Source of the DNA: an uncultured Gemmatimonadales bacterium | GTDB taxonomy: Bacteria; Gemmatimonadota; Gemmatimonadetes; Longimicrobiales; Gaopeijiaceae | DNA: 64,000 nt | NCBI GenBank assembly: GCA_963823035.1 | Contig: CAWGKG010000010.1 | Location: 352,001 to 416,000 of the forward strand | Direction of reading: 5' to 3' | Part shown: positions 8,525-19,919 of the stretch, in pieces | How positions within the stretch are numbered: the first letter of the stretch is position 1 | How the letters are laid out: every line of letters begins with the position of its first letter | The notes under the pieces: model-generated | What the model was told of the DNA's origin: nothing | Seen by the model: the letters and a program-made list of their open reading frames with translations, nothing else | Database searches by the model: none | Position numbers and translations under genes: made by a program

Positions 8525-11297
8525 CTACTGCAGCTTCCAGCTCATCCCGAGCGAGAAGGACCGGCCGAGCGTATACCGATAGCGGACCACGTCGCCCTGC
8601 AGCTCCTCGTAGGGGGCGTCGAGCAGGTTCTTCGCGTCGAACTTGCCCGTCATCCCGCTTTTCAAGGGGAAGCGCACGGAGAAGTCGAGCAGGTGGCGCG
8701 GCTGCTCGTACGTGTCCACGGTGATCGGCGTGACGGCCGCCGACGTGATGCGCTTGCCGACCACGTTGTAGAGGAGCGTGGCGCTGAGGGCGTCGGAGGT
8801 CGCTGGTCCACGTCATCCCGGCGTTCACCACGTACGGCGCCTGGCCGACCATGGGCCGGTTGTCGTTGGTGAGGGCCGACAGCGTGCTGTTGCTCGTGTT
8901 GATTCGGCTCCTCATGAGCGTCGCGTTCGCGAACATCGACATCGGGTCCAGCGCGGGGGAGAGGAAGCCGAGACGCTTCCGCAGCTCGAGCTCCACCCCG
9001 TAGTTCGTCGCCGAGGCGGCGTTGATGAAGCTGAGCTGCGACACCCCGGAGGTGGCGACGTCGATCTGCTCGATCGGATCGGCGAAGCGCTTCGCGAACA
9101 GGCCGATGCTCACGACCTCGTCGTACGTCGGATACCACTCCCAGCGCGCGTCGTAGTTCTGCACCAGCGTGCGCACCAGGCTGGAGTCGCCGAAGACCTC
9201 CCGCTCGCCGAGCATGTCGCGGTACGAGATCGGGGCGAGCTCGCGGTATTCGGGACGGGCCAGCGTCTGCGACGCGGACAGGCGCAGCGTCTGGCTCTCG
9301 GACAGCTTCACGTTGAACGCGAGCGAAGGAAGGACATCCGTGTTCGTGCGCGTGATGTCCACCACCGCCTGGCTGGTCGGCTCGGCGGACATCTCCAGGT
9401 TCCACCGCTCCATCCGCGCGCCGCCGATGACGCGAATGCGCGAGCCCAGCGGGATCTCCGCCATCGCGAAGCCGGCCGTGACGCGATCGGTGGCGTCGTA
9501 GCTGCCGCCGCTCGAGTTCGGCTCCAGCGCGATCTTCGCGGCGGCGCCCGCGGTATACTCGCCGTAGAAGAGGTCCTCGGGCGTGGCGGCGCGCTGCGCG
9601 GCGTCGAGCCCGAGAGCGCGCAGGTTGTACGAGACGCTGTGGGCGTTCCGCTGGGTGTCCCGGTAGTCGCCGCCGACCTTCACCGAGGCGCCGCCGAGCT
9701 TCAACTCGTAGTCGAGGTGCGTCCCGAGCACGTCCTCGGACAGGTCCCCGGACGTACGCTTGGCCGCCTCGGGGATGAAGCCGAGCCACGCGAGCGGGAG
9801 TCGCTCGCCCGTGGGCGCGAACTCGTAGCCGTAGGCCAGATCCGACCGGTCCGGCTCGGCGCGCGACACCGCCGAGGAGGTCCCGGACCACGTGACGCGT
9901 TGGCGCTCGCCCAGTTGGTGTTCCCCGCGCACCTGCACGGAGCGGACCGTTCGCTCCACATAGCGCATCGAGGTGCGGCGCACGCTGTCGACCTGCTGGA
10001 ACTCCTCGAGCGTGCCCCAGTCGAGGTGCGCCGAGTTGTCGGCGGTGCGGTCGTACGTGCCGTTGAGCTCGAGCTTCGTGCCCGTGCCGAGGTAGGTACT
10101 GAGGTTCACCAGTCCACCCCACAGCACACTCGTCTGACCCGTGCTGCCGTCGAAGATGTTGTAGGGGATGGGCGTGCCCTGCTGGTCCCCGGGCACCGCG
10201 CGGGCGCGGATCTCACCCTGGTGCACTTCCTGGCTTCGCGAATAGGACAACGCGCCCGTGTACCCGATCCTCCGCCCGAGGACGGGGTCCTCACCGCCGA
10301 ACGACAGGCTGCCTGAGACGTTGGGCTTGCCGGCCGCCTGGCTGAGCGTCCAGTCGCGGGGGAATCCCCGGATCAGGCCGTTCACGTCGCTGCGCGTGAG
10401 CCGTGAGAAGTCGGAGACGTCGGTGAGCGCGGACGGGAGGCGCCGGTCCGCCGCCGCCATGCCGAGCCACTCCCCTCCGGTCGCGACCGGGAAGGGGATG
10501 TCCTTGCCCGTGGCGCGGTCGTTGAAGCCGCCCGAGAGGGAGAACTGGAACATGCGATGCGCCGGGAACGAGCGCGTCTTCAAGTTGACCTGGGCGCCAC
10601 TGAAGTCGCCGGGCTGGTCCGGCGTGAAGGTCTTCGACGTCGTGATCGCCTCGAGCAGGCCGGCGGGGAAGAGGTCGAGGGGAACCTCCTTCTTCTCCGG
10701 CTCGGGGCTGGGAACCCGCGTTCCGTTGAGGGAGGTGGTGGTGTACCGCTCGCCCAGGCCACGCACGAAGACGTACTTGCCGTCCCGGACGGTGACGCCG
10801 CTGACGCGCTGAACGGCCTGGGCCGCGTCGCTGTCGGGGCTCCTCGCGATCTGTTCGGCCGTGGTGGAGCTCATGACCCCGACCGCGGAGCGCTGCGCGT
10901 TCAGGGCGGAGCTCACGGAGCCGTTCTCCCGCGCGGCGGATACCGTGACGCCCTCCAACTCGATCGCTGTGGACACGAGAGAGACGTTCTGGACGACCGT
11001 CTCCCCGGCCGGCAGGACGATGCCTTCGACCGTCTTCTCCCCGTGACCCAGGTAGACCACGTGCAAGCTGAGCGTCCCCGCGGGCACGCGCACGAGAACG
11101 AAGCGACCGTCCACGCCCGAGAGGGCGCCCACGTTGGTGCCCCGGACCGTCACCTGAGCTCCGATGAGCGCCGCTCCGGTCTCCCCGTCGACGACCCGGC
11201 CGACGATGCGTCCGGAGCCGGTCTGGGCCGAAGCGGGGCCGCCGCACAGGACGGTGAGGGCGAGGGGAACGAGCAGCGAGCGGGAAAGAAGGCTCAT
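8525..11297 (-). CDS. TonB-dependent receptor with N-terminal carboxypeptidase-regulatory-like domain (apparent frameshift near 8790)
   Basis: Signal peptide; GRIVGRVVDGETGAALIGAQV domain; plug motifs DAAQAVQRVSGVTV, VRGLGERY and VPLDLFP; a barrel ending NLLD...GRSFSLGMSWKLQ in ORF 8525..8764. Confidence 0.92.
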
Positions 11298-11403
11298 ACG
11301 TGGGGGTCCTTCGTTCGGAGGCCAGCCTGCGAAACGGCCCGGACGAGCCGGGCCAGCACGCACCAAAGGTGTGCTCGGAACCGCGCGATTCCGGGAACAT
11401 CCG

Positions 11404-11419
11404 GTCACTGTTGCGTAAC
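11404..11419. promoter_or_regulatory. Pho-box-like site upstream of TonB receptor
   Basis: GTCAC-TGTTGC-GTAAC with 11-nt spacing. Confidence 0.55.
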
Positions 11420-11578
11420 GGTTCGCGGCATCGCCCGGACCGCGAAGCGGGCGCCCTCGCCGGCCTCGCGGAGTCGTGGCCGTGGCGTGTCCGGATCGAA
11501 CCCGTATCGTGCCTTCGTGGACCGGGCGTGACCGGATCCGTTGCCGAACCGACGCCCGGAACCCGTGAACGGGACGGT

Positions 11579-11617
11579 TTTACGCATTCGTTACCTAGTG
11601 CGGGCGGGCCCCGTTAC
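11579..11617 (+). promoter_or_regulatory. Pho-box-like site upstream of LeuA-like/phoB operon
   Basis: TTTAC (11579) and GTTAC (11590) at 11-nt spacing, with a further GTTAC at 11613. Confidence 0.4.
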
Positions 11618-11775
11618 CGCCTCCTCCTAACCTTGGGTCGCCAGTCGGCCGACCCGTCCACCCGCGAGGAGTCCTTGGGCCGCCACTCCACGAAGGCCAC
11701 GTCCGTGCCGCGCTCCGACCCGTCGGCGTATGTTCAGGGCCTGTGCCAGCCGCGCGGACCAACGGCCGGGGAGCC

Positions 11776-13009
11776 ATGGACGAGAAGGATCTGATCTACG
11801 ATTGGAGCCGCCAGGACGGCGCCTTCGACTGGTCGACCGTTCGGCGCGTCGAGTTGGACGACGAGACGCTGCGCGACGGACTGCAGAGCGCGTCGGTGGT
11901 GGATCCGCCCATCGAGGACAAGATCCGCCTGCTGCATCTCATGGACCGGCTGGGCATCCACACCGCCGACGTGGGGCTGCCGGGCGCGGGGCCACGGGCC
12001 GTGGAGGCCGTGACCGCGCTGGCGCGGGAGATCGTCGACGCGAAGCTCTCCATCCGCCCGAATTGCGCGGCGCGAACGCTCATCGCCGACGTGCGGCCGG
12101 TGGCCGAGATCTCCCAGAAGGTCGGCATCCCGATCGAGGCGTGCACCTTCATCGGCAGCTCGCCGATCCGGCAGTACGCGGAAGGGTGGACGCTCGCGAA
12201 GATGCTCAAGGTCTCCGAGGAGGCCGTGACCTTCGCGGTACGCGAAGGTCTGCCGGTCATGTTCGTGACCGAGGACACGACGCGGGCCCGCCCCGAGGTG
12301 CTCAGGGCGCTCTACGGGCGCGCGATCGAGTGGGGCGCGAAGCGGCTGTGCATCGCCGACACGGTCGGCCACGCCACGCCGGATTCGGCCCGCGCGGTGG
12401 TGCGCTTCGTCCTCGAGCAGATCGTGGCGCCCCTCCGGCGAGGACGTGGAGGTCGACTGGCACGGTCATCGGGACCGGGGGCTGGGGCTGGCCAACGCGA
12501 TGGCCGCGATCGAGGCGGGCGCGACGCGGGTGCACGGATCCGCGCTGGGCATCGGGGAGCGGTGCGGCAACGTCGAGATGGACCTCTTGCTCGTGAACCT
12601 GGTGCTCCTGGGCGTGCACGAGGCCGACCTGTCCGTACTGGTGGACTACTGCGAGCTGACGTCACGGGCCTGTCGCGTTCCCCTGCCGCCCTCCTATCCC
12701 GGTCGTGGGCCGGGACGCCTTCCGCACGGCGACCGGCGTACACGCCGCGGCGATCGTGAAGGCGGAGAAGAAGGGCGACGCCTGGCTGGCGGACCGCATC
12801 TACTCGGGCGTGCCCGCCTCCCTGGTGGGGCGTCAACAGGTGATCGAGATCAGCCCATGTCGGGGCTGTCGAACGTCAAGCACTGGCTGAAGAACCACGG
12901 CTACGACGCCGAGGACGAAGCGCTGTGCGGCCGGCTGTTCGAGGCGGCCAAGCACACGGACCACACATTCACCGAGGAAGAGCTGCACACCCTCTGTCGC
13001 GGCACCTAG
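11776..13009 (+). CDS. LeuA-family DRE-TIM acyltransferase (2-isopropylmalate/homocitrate synthase-like, no regulatory domain; ~3 apparent frameshifts)
   Basis: DETLRDGLQS, CIADTVGHATP, WHGHRDRGLGLANAMAA, LGIGERCGN, GRDAFRTATGVHAAA and MSGLSNV motifs spread over three frames. Confidence 0.85.
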
Positions 13010-13043
13010 CCGCCGGGGAGCGGGCTCTTCGAGGCGCGCTCCC

Positions 13044-13805
13044 ATGAACCAGACAGCCCTGAAGGTCAGCATGGAAAGCTCCCAGGACTCCGCCGCGGTA
13101 CCTCGCGTTCTGGTGGTGGAGGACGAGTCGGATATCGCCGCGCTCATCGCGTACCAGCTGACGAGGGAGGGCTTCCGCGTCGAGACCGCTGGAACCGGGA
13201 TCGAGGCGCTGCAGGCCATCGCGCGCGACATCCCGGACCTGGTGGTGCTGGACCGGATGCTCCCGGGCCTCACCGGGGACGAGGTGCTGCTGCGGCTCAA
13301 GGAAGAGTCCGCGACCTCGAACATCCCGGTGCTCGTGCTCACCGCGAAGCGTGAGCAGGAGGATCGCATCAAGGGCTTCGAGCTCGGCGCGGACGACTAC
13401 CTCACGAAGCCGTTCAGCCCGCGCGAGCTGGTGCTGCGCGTCCAGGCGATCCTGCGCCGGGTCAAGGAGGCAGGCGTGACGGCGGGCGGGCGGGTGCTGC
13501 GTGCCGGGCCCATCCGGGTCGACCTCGGCTCGCACGAGGCCACGCTGGACGGGACGGAGCTGAACCTGACGCCGACGGAGTTCCGGCTCCTGCAGGCGCT
13601 CATGGAGCGGCGGGGGCGGACGCAGAGCCGGAAGCAGCTCCTCGAGAAGGCGTGGGATGTGGAGCCGGGCGCGTCCGAGCGGATTCAGACGCGCACCGTG
13701 GACATGCACGTGCGGCGCCTGAGGGGGAAGCTCGGGCCCACGGGCGACTGGATCGAGACGATCCGGGGATTCGGCTACCGGCTCAAGGTGCCCGACGGGC
13801 TGTGA
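13044..13805 (+). CDS. phoB: OmpR/PhoB-family response regulator (PhoB/PhoP)
   Basis: Receiver domain (VLVVEDE, LDRMLP, GADDYLTKPFSPREL) plus winged helix (RTVDMHVRRLRGKL, IETIRGFGY); context with phoR, pstB and phoU. Confidence 0.88.
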   Translation: MNQTALKVSMESSQDSAAVPRVLVVEDESDIAALIAYQLTREGFRVETAGTGIEALQAIARDIPDLVVLDRMLPGLTGDEVLLRLKEESATSNIPVLVLTAKREQEDRIKGFELGADDYLTKPFSPRELVLRVQAILRRVKEAGVTAGGRVLRAGPIRVDLGSHEATLDGTELNLTPTEFRLLQALMERRGRTQSRKQLLEKAWDVEPGASERIQTRTVDMHVRRLRGKLGPTGDWIETIRGFGYRLKVPDGL

Positions 13806-13818
13806 GCTTTGAAGCGAC

Positions 13819-13835
13819 GTGACGGAACTGTAACA
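13819..13835. promoter_or_regulatory. Pho-box-like site upstream of porin
   Basis: GTGAC-GGAACT-GTAACA (minus strand TGTTACAGTTCCGTCAC), 11-nt spacing. Confidence 0.6.
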
Positions 13836-13888
13836 TTCCGCGCGTCGGAGGGGTTTCTCCCCCTCGGCTCACTCTCGAAAGGGACCCC

Positions 13889-14942
13889 ATGCCCCGTCTT
13901 CCGTCCGCCGCGGTCGGTGCGCTCCTGGTCTGCGCGCCGGGGCTCGCGGCGCAGTCCGCCTCCGCTCCACCCGCTCCGACGCTGACGCTGGGCGGCGAGG
14001 TGAACGTGCAGTACACCGCGTCCTCCGTGGACGCGTACCCGAGCGGCTTCACCCTGCGTCGAGTGCGCCTCAACGGCACCTTCGTGGTGAACGAGCTCAT
14101 GGACGCGCACGTCCAGGCCGAGCTCGCCGCGACGGGGGGCGCCGAGCTGCGCGACGCGTGGGTGCGCTTCACCTTCTCGCCGGCGCTGAAGCTCTCCGCC
14201 GGGCAGTTCAAGCGCGCCTTCGACCTCTTCGAGCTGGACAGCTTCACGGACCTCTCGCTGATCGAGCGCGACGGCCGGGTTGGTGGCGTGAGCACATGCA
14301 CCGGCGTGGGGAGCGTGTGCTCCTACTCCCGCTTCACCGAGGGGCTGGGGTACGCCGGCCGCGACCAGGGCGTTCGGCTCGAGGGCACGGCCGAGCGCGT
14401 GAGCTACATGGCGACCGCCACGAACGGTACCGGCCAGAACGCGCCCGAGGACGACCAGGCGAAGTCGCTGTCGGGGCGCGTCTCCGTGGAGGTGGCGCGC
14501 CGGGTCGCCGTCGGCGCCCAGCTCGCACTCCACGAGCGGTCGGACACGCTCGACGGCACGCACCACGCCTCCGCCTGGTCCGCGGACATCAGCTACGGCG
14601 CCTTTCGCAGCGGACTCCTCCTCCAGGCCGCCCTGGCGGGCGGGGACAACTGGGGGGCCGATCGCGGGGACCGGGGCGCCGACCTTCCTCGCGATGCAGG
14701 GGATGGCGGCATGGTACGTGCCCGTCGAGGGGCGCCGCCTGGAGGCGGTGGAGCCCCTGCTGCGCCTGAGCTGGGGCGACCCCGACACGGACGCGACGGA
14801 CGACGCGGGGCTCCTGGTGACGCCCGGCTTCATGCTCTACGTCGCCGGGAAGAACAAGATCGGCTTCAACCTCGACGTATGGTCGCCCCGGACGGGTGAC
14901 ACCGAGTACTCCCTGAAGATCCAGTCCTACCTCCACATCTGA
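13889..14942 (+). CDS. outer-membrane porin, phosphate-selective OprO/OprP-like (apparent frameshift near 14670)
   Basis: Signal peptide; GFTLRRVRL, LRDAWV, LSAGQFKRAF and GRDQGV motifs; beta-strand C-terminus in ORF 14694..14942; lies within the Pho operon. Confidence 0.75.
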
Positions 14943-14951
14943 CTTCGGCTC

Positions 14952-16689
14952 GTGCGCTTCCGTATCCACCACGCGCTCTTCGGCGGCTTCCTGGGGGTCA
15001 TCGGGCTGCTGGTGCTCCTCATCGTCGGGCTGGTGGGATCGGGGCTCCGGAGAGATCTCCTCGGCACGTACCGGACGGAGCTGCGTCGGGAGATGGACCT
15101 CGCCTCCTGGATCGTCGAGCGTACGGAGGCCCGCGACGCGGACTCGGTGGCGCGGGCGATCACCGAGCGCATCGGCTACCGGGTCTCGCTCATCGACACA
15201 TCAGGGGTCGTGCTCGGCGATTCGTACGTCGAGGCGCCGCGTATGGGAGAGGTCGAGAACCACCGCACGCGCCCCGAGGTGGTGGGCGCCCTGGCGGGTG
15301 AGGACCTCACGTTCGCCAGGCGCACGAGCGCGACGGTGGGCCTGCCCCTCCTGTACGCGGCCCGCCTGGTGCGCTTCCGGGACGAGCCGGTCGTCCTGCG
15401 CGTGGCCGCTCCGCTGGACACGGTGGAGGGGACGGTCGACCGGGTGCAGCGGACCGTGGCGCTCACCGGCCTCGCCGCCACGATGCTGGCGTTGCTGCTC
15501 GCCTACTGGCTGAGCCACCTCCTGGCACGCCCGCTCGTGGTCCTGGCCGAGCGCGCGCGCGTGCTCGCCTCCGGGGACTTCTCCGTGCGAGCGCCGCGCG
15601 TGCGCGGCATTGCCGAGCTGGCCGACCTGGCGCACGCGGTCAACCGGTTGACGGAGCAGCTGCAGACCCGCCTCGCGGAGATGCGCCGCGACCGCGACGA
15701 GATGAGCGCACTGATCGACACGATGGCCGAGGGCGTGGTGGCGCTCACGGACGACGCCCGCGTCCTGCGCGCGAACCGGGCTGCGCACATCCTCCTCGGG
15801 CTACCGCGGGACGTCCCGCCCTTCGCGCCGGTGGGCTCGCTCGTGCGCCACGAGGAGCTGCGCGAGCTCATGGAGGAATCGGTGGTGCACCCCCTCCAGA
15901 CGCGGGAGATCCAGGTGCGCAACCGTGTGCTCCTGGTGGCCTCGCGCAAGCTGGATTCGGGAGGGGCGGTCACGACCTTCCTGGACGTGACCGAGACGCG
16001 GCGCCTGGAACGCGTCCGCCGCGACTTCGTGGCCAACGCGTCGCACGAGCTGAAGACGCCGCTCACCTCCATCCGCGGGTTCGCGGAGACGCTGCTGGAG
16101 GGCGACCCGCCGCCACCCCTCAAGGATCAGTTCCTGCGCGCCATCCGCGACAACACCCTGCGCCTGCAGCGTCTGGTGGAGGACCTGCTCGACCTCTCCC
16201 GCCTCGAGTCCGGGGGGTGGAGCGCCGCTGCGCGAGGAGGTGTCGGTGGCCTCCGTGGCGGAGGAGGCGTGGATCCAGTTCGAGGAGAGCGCGGCCGAGC
16301 GCGGCGTCGAGTTCGACATCGAGGGCGACGTGGTCGCCCTGGCCGACGAGCGCGGGCTCGTGCAGATCTTTCGCAACCTCATGGAGAACGCGCTGCGGCA
16401 CACCGAAGAAGATGGACACCTGCATCTGCACATCACCACGCCCGCACCCGGCATCGCGGAAGTCGCCTTCGCCGACGACGGGGAGGGCATCCCCTCGCGG
16501 GCGCTGCCCAGGATCTTCGAGCGCTTCTACCGGGCGGATTCCTCGCGCGCCCGGGACATCGGCGGGACCGGTCTGGGTCTGGCCATCGTTCGCCACCTCG
16601 TGGAGGCGATGGGCGGCCAGGTGTGGGCGGAGAGCGAGCTGGGGCAGGGTACCACGATCCGCTTCACGCTGGTGGTGCGGAAGCCGTGA
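14952..16689 (+). CDS. phoR: phosphate regulon sensor histidine kinase (apparent frameshift near 16225)
   Basis: Two TMs, [17 protein letters not shown]-box [21 protein letters not shown], and HATPase NLMENA / DDGEGI / FERFYR / [10 protein letters not shown]. Confidence 0.9.
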
Positions 16690-16700
16690 CGGGCGGGCGC

Positions 16701-16716
16701 GTTACCGCCATGTTAT
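16701..16716 (+). promoter_or_regulatory. Pho-box-like site upstream of pstB
   Basis: GTTAC-CGCCAT-GTTAT, 11-nt spacing, in the phoR-pstB gap. Confidence 0.6.
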
Positions 16717-16801
16717 GGTCCCGTCGACGAGTCCTCGCCACTCCGATCTATTCTTCCGGGCCGCGGGCCGTTCTGCGAGCACCCCGTCGTCCACGCGACT
16801 G

Positions 16802-17584
16802 ATGCCCACGATCCACACCATCGACACCGGTGGGCGCGAGCCCGCCCTGGAAGCCCGCGACGTCTCCGTCTTCTACGGGAAGACGGAGGCCGTGAAGAAG
16901 GTCTCGCTGGTCATCCCCGCGAATCGGGTCGTCGCGCTGATCGGGCCCTCCGGATGCGGGAAGAGCACGCTGCTCCGGTGCTTCAACCGTATGAACGACC
17001 TGATCGTGGGCGCGCGGGTCAGGGGCGAGGTGAACTTCCAGGGGAAGAACCTCTACGACGACGACGTGGACCCGACCGAGGTCCGGCGACGGATCGGGAT
17101 GGTGTTCCAGAAGCCGAACCCCTTCCCGAAGTCCATCTACGACAACGCGGCCTTCGGTCCTCGTCTCAACGGCTTCAAGGGGGACCTGGACATGCTCGTG
17201 CAGGAGTCGCTGACGCGCGCGGCGCTGTGGGACGAGGTACAGGATCGTCTCGGCGTCTCGGCCTACGACCTCTCGGGCGGACAGCAGCAGCGGCTGTGCA
17301 TCGCGCGCGCTCTCGCCGTGAAGCCGGAGATCCTGCTCATGGACGAGCCCGCCTCGGCCCTCGACCCCATCGCCACGCAGCGCATCGAGGAGCTCATCTA
17401 CGAGCTGAAGAAGGACTACACGATCGTCATCGTCACGCACAACATGCAGCAGGCGGCGCGCGTCTCCGACTACACGGCCTTCCTGTACATGGGCGATCTC
17501 ATCGAGTACGGTCCGACCGAGACCATCTTCACCGCTCCTCGGGAGGAGCGGACCGAGGCGTACGTGACCGGGAGATTCGGATGA
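16802..17584 (+). CDS. pstB: phosphate ABC transporter ATP-binding protein
   Basis: [51 protein letters not shown] and [10 protein letters not shown]. Confidence 0.97.
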   Translation: MPTIHTIDTGGREPALEARDVSVFYGKTEAVKKVSLVIPANRVVALIGPSGCGKSTLLRCFNRMNDLIVGARVRGEVNFQGKNLYDDDVDPTEVRRRIGMVFQKPNPFPKSIYDNAAFGPRLNGFKGDLDMLVQESLTRAALWDEVQDRLGVSAYDLSGGQQQRLCIARALAVKPEILLMDEPASALDPIATQRIEELIYELKKDYTIVIVTHNMQQAARVSDYTAFLYMGDLIEYGPTETIFTAPREERTEAYVTGRFG

Positions 17585-18351
17585 ACACGGAACAGATGCG
17601 GCGCCGACACTTCCACGACGAGTTGGACACGTTGCAGCAGCGCCTCATGGAGATGGCCGGGATCGTGGAGCGCATCGTCGCGCAGGCGGTCCAGGCCGTC
17701 CTGGACCGCGACTCCAGCGTCGCGGCCGAGATCATCCGCGCCGACGACCGCGTGGACGAGCTCGAGGTGGAGGTGGACGAGCGCGTGACCGAGCTGCTCG
17801 CGCTTTTCCAGCCCATGGCCACGGACCTGCGCCAGATCATCGCGACCAACAAGGTGGCCAACGACCTGGAGCGGGTCGGGGACCATGCGGTCAACATCGC
17901 CAAGGCCGCCCGCCGCCTGGTCGACACGAGCCCGCTGCCCGAGCTGCGCGAGTTGAGCGAGATGGCGAGCATCACCCGCGAGATGCTGTCCGACGCGCTC
18001 GCGGCCTTCGTGTCGCGCAACGCGGGCACGGCCCGCATGGTGTGCGTCACGGACGACAAGGTGGACAACCTGCGCCGGTCGCTCTTCCGGATCCTGGTCA
18101 CGCACATGCTCGAGGATCCCAAGCGCATCGGCGGCGCCCTCGAGCTGCTGCTGGTCTCGCAGAACCTGGAGCGCGTGGCGGACCTGTCCACCAACATCTC
18201 GGAGGATGTCGTCTTCCTGGTCGAGGGGCGCACGATCAAGCACGGCGCCGAAGGCCATCACGCAGTGGGTGACGACGAGAGAGGAGGTCTCCTGACGGGC
18301 CCTGGTGACGGTGCGCCCGGTCCGTTGCCAAGCAGCTGTGCGCGCCGGTAG
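17581..18351 (+). CDS. phoU: phosphate signalling protein PhoU (true stop may be ~18295)
   Basis: [24 protein letters not shown] and [22 protein letters not shown]. The last ~20 aa look out of frame. Confidence 0.95.
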   Translation: MNTEQMRRRHFHDELDTLQQRLMEMAGIVERIVAQAVQAVLDRDSSVAAEIIRADDRVDELEVEVDERVTELLALFQPMATDLRQIIATNKVANDLERVGDHAVNIAKAARRLVDTSPLPELRELSEMASITREMLSDALAAFVSRNAGTARMVCVTDDKVDNLRRSLFRILVTHMLEDPKRIGGALELLLVSQNLERVADLSTNISEDVVFLVEGRTIKHGAEGHHAVGDDERGGLLTGPGDGAPGPLPSSCARR

Positions 18352-18360
18352 TCTTTGCGG

Positions 18361-19290
18361 ATGTCGGACGACGCCACCGAGCGAAAGGGGCGCGCGGAGG
18401 CGCGCATGGAGGATCCGGGTAACGGACGCGAGTTGGTCGCCATGCCCCGCGGCGAGGGGGTGGACGAGGCCGTCGAGCAGCTTCTGGACGAGGTGGGCAC
18501 CGAGACCGAGCCACAGCCCATCTTCGACTTGGGTAGACTGCGCGGGCAGGTGGCGATCGTCACCGGCGGATCCAGCGGCATCGGACGCGCCATCGTGCTC
18601 GAGCTGGCCCGGTGCGGGCTCCACATCGGCTTCTGCTTCCTGGACGACGGGCCCACCTCGCGCATCGAGGCGCAGGACGTGGCGCGCCAGCTCCGCCAGG
18701 CCGAGGTACGCACGTACTTCCGGCCCTGCGACGTGCGCGAGCCGGGCGACGTGAAGTCGTTCGTGGCCGAGGTGATCGCAGAGCTCGGCGGCGTGCACAT
18801 CCTCGTCAACAACGCGGGGATCGGCCGCGACGGCGCGCTGTGGCGCATGGCCGACCACGAGTGGGACGCCGTGGTGCGCACGAACCTGGACGGTGCCTTC
18901 TTCTTCACGCGCGCCGTGGCCCAGCACATGCGGGCGCAGGAGTACGGCAAGATCGTCAACATCACTTCCGTGCACGGGATACGCGCGGAGTTCGGGCTGG
19001 TCAACTACGCGGCGTCCAAGGCCGGCATGATCGGGCTGACCCGGAGCGCCGCGATCGAGCTGGGGCCGCGCAACATCAACGTCAACGCGGTCGCGCCCGG
19101 CTACATCCGCACCACACGCCTCACCGCCGGCGTGCCTCTCGAGCTCCTGGACCGGGCGCGCGAGCGCTCGGCGCTCGGCCGCCTCGGCGACCCGCAGGAC
19201 GTGGCGGACGCGGTGCTCTTCCTGGTCTCGGAGTCGGCGCGCCACATCACCGGCACGGTGCTCCCGGTCGACGGCGGTTACCTGCTGTAG
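18361..19290 (+). CDS. SDR oxidoreductase, 3-oxoacyl-ACP reductase-like, with N-terminal extension
   Basis: TGGSSGIG, NNAG, YAASKAG, NAVAPG and VDGG motifs. Start uncertain. Confidence 0.88.
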   Translation: MSDDATERKGRAEARMEDPGNGRELVAMPRGEGVDEAVEQLLDEVGTETEPQPIFDLGRLRGQVAIVTGGSSGIGRAIVLELARCGLHIGFCFLDDGPTSRIEAQDVARQLRQAEVRTYFRPCDVREPGDVKSFVAEVIAELGGVHILVNNAGIGRDGALWRMADHEWDAVVRTNLDGAFFFTRAVAQHMRAQEYGKIVNITSVHGIRAEFGLVNYAASKAGMIGLTRSAAIELGPRNINVNAVAPGYIRTTRLTAGVPLELLDRARERSALGRLGDPQDVADAVLFLVSESARHITGTVLPVDGGYLL

Positions 19291-19352
19291 CCCCGCCGCG
19301 CGAGGAGCGGCCGGACGTTGCGACGGACCCTCCCACCCCGCATTCTGGGCCG

Positions 19353-19919
19353 ATGCCTTTCCTGAGACGCCTCGCGCGCGCCGTCGACACGCTGAACAAC
19401 CGCATCGGCGCGAGCATCCGCTGGCTGGCCCTGATCATGATCCTGGTCGGGGCCTTCAACGCCATCGCCCGTTACCTGACCCGCTACACCGGGGTGGCGC
19501 TCAGCTCGAACGCGTACTTCGACCTCCAGTGGTACTTCTTCAGCCTGATCTTCCTGCTGGGGGCGGCGTACGGGCTCCAGCACGACGTGCACGTGCGCGT
19601 CGACGTCCTGTACGCGCGGCTGAGCCGCAAGGCGCGCGCGTGGATCGACCTGGCCGGCACGGTGCTCTTCCTGATCCCGTTCTGCGTGTTGATGCTGTGG
19701 GTGTCGTGGCCCGCCGTGCGGAACTCGTGGTCGATCCGGGAGACGTCGCCGGACCCGGGGGGCCTGCCACGTTATCCGATCAAGACCGTGATCCTCCTCT
19801 CGTTCGGCCTCCTCCTCCTGCAGGCTCTGAGCCAGCTGCTGAAGCAGGTGGACGTCCTTCGTGACCACGAGGCGGCCGCGGCGCGCGATCTCGAACCGAA
19901 GCACGAGGGCCACCTGTGA
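19353..19919 (+). CDS. TRAP transporter small permease (DctQ family)
   Basis: Four TMs; LQWYFFSLIFLLGAAY, HVRVDV and SPDPGGLP. Confidence 0.92.
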   Translation: MPFLRRLARAVDTLNNRIGASIRWLALIMILVGAFNAIARYLTRYTGVALSSNAYFDLQWYFFSLIFLLGAAYGLQHDVHVRVDVLYARLSRKARAWIDLAGTVLFLIPFCVLMLWVSWPAVRNSWSIRETSPDPGGLPRYPIKTVILLSFGLLLLQALSQLLKQVDVLRDHEAAAARDLEPKHEGHL

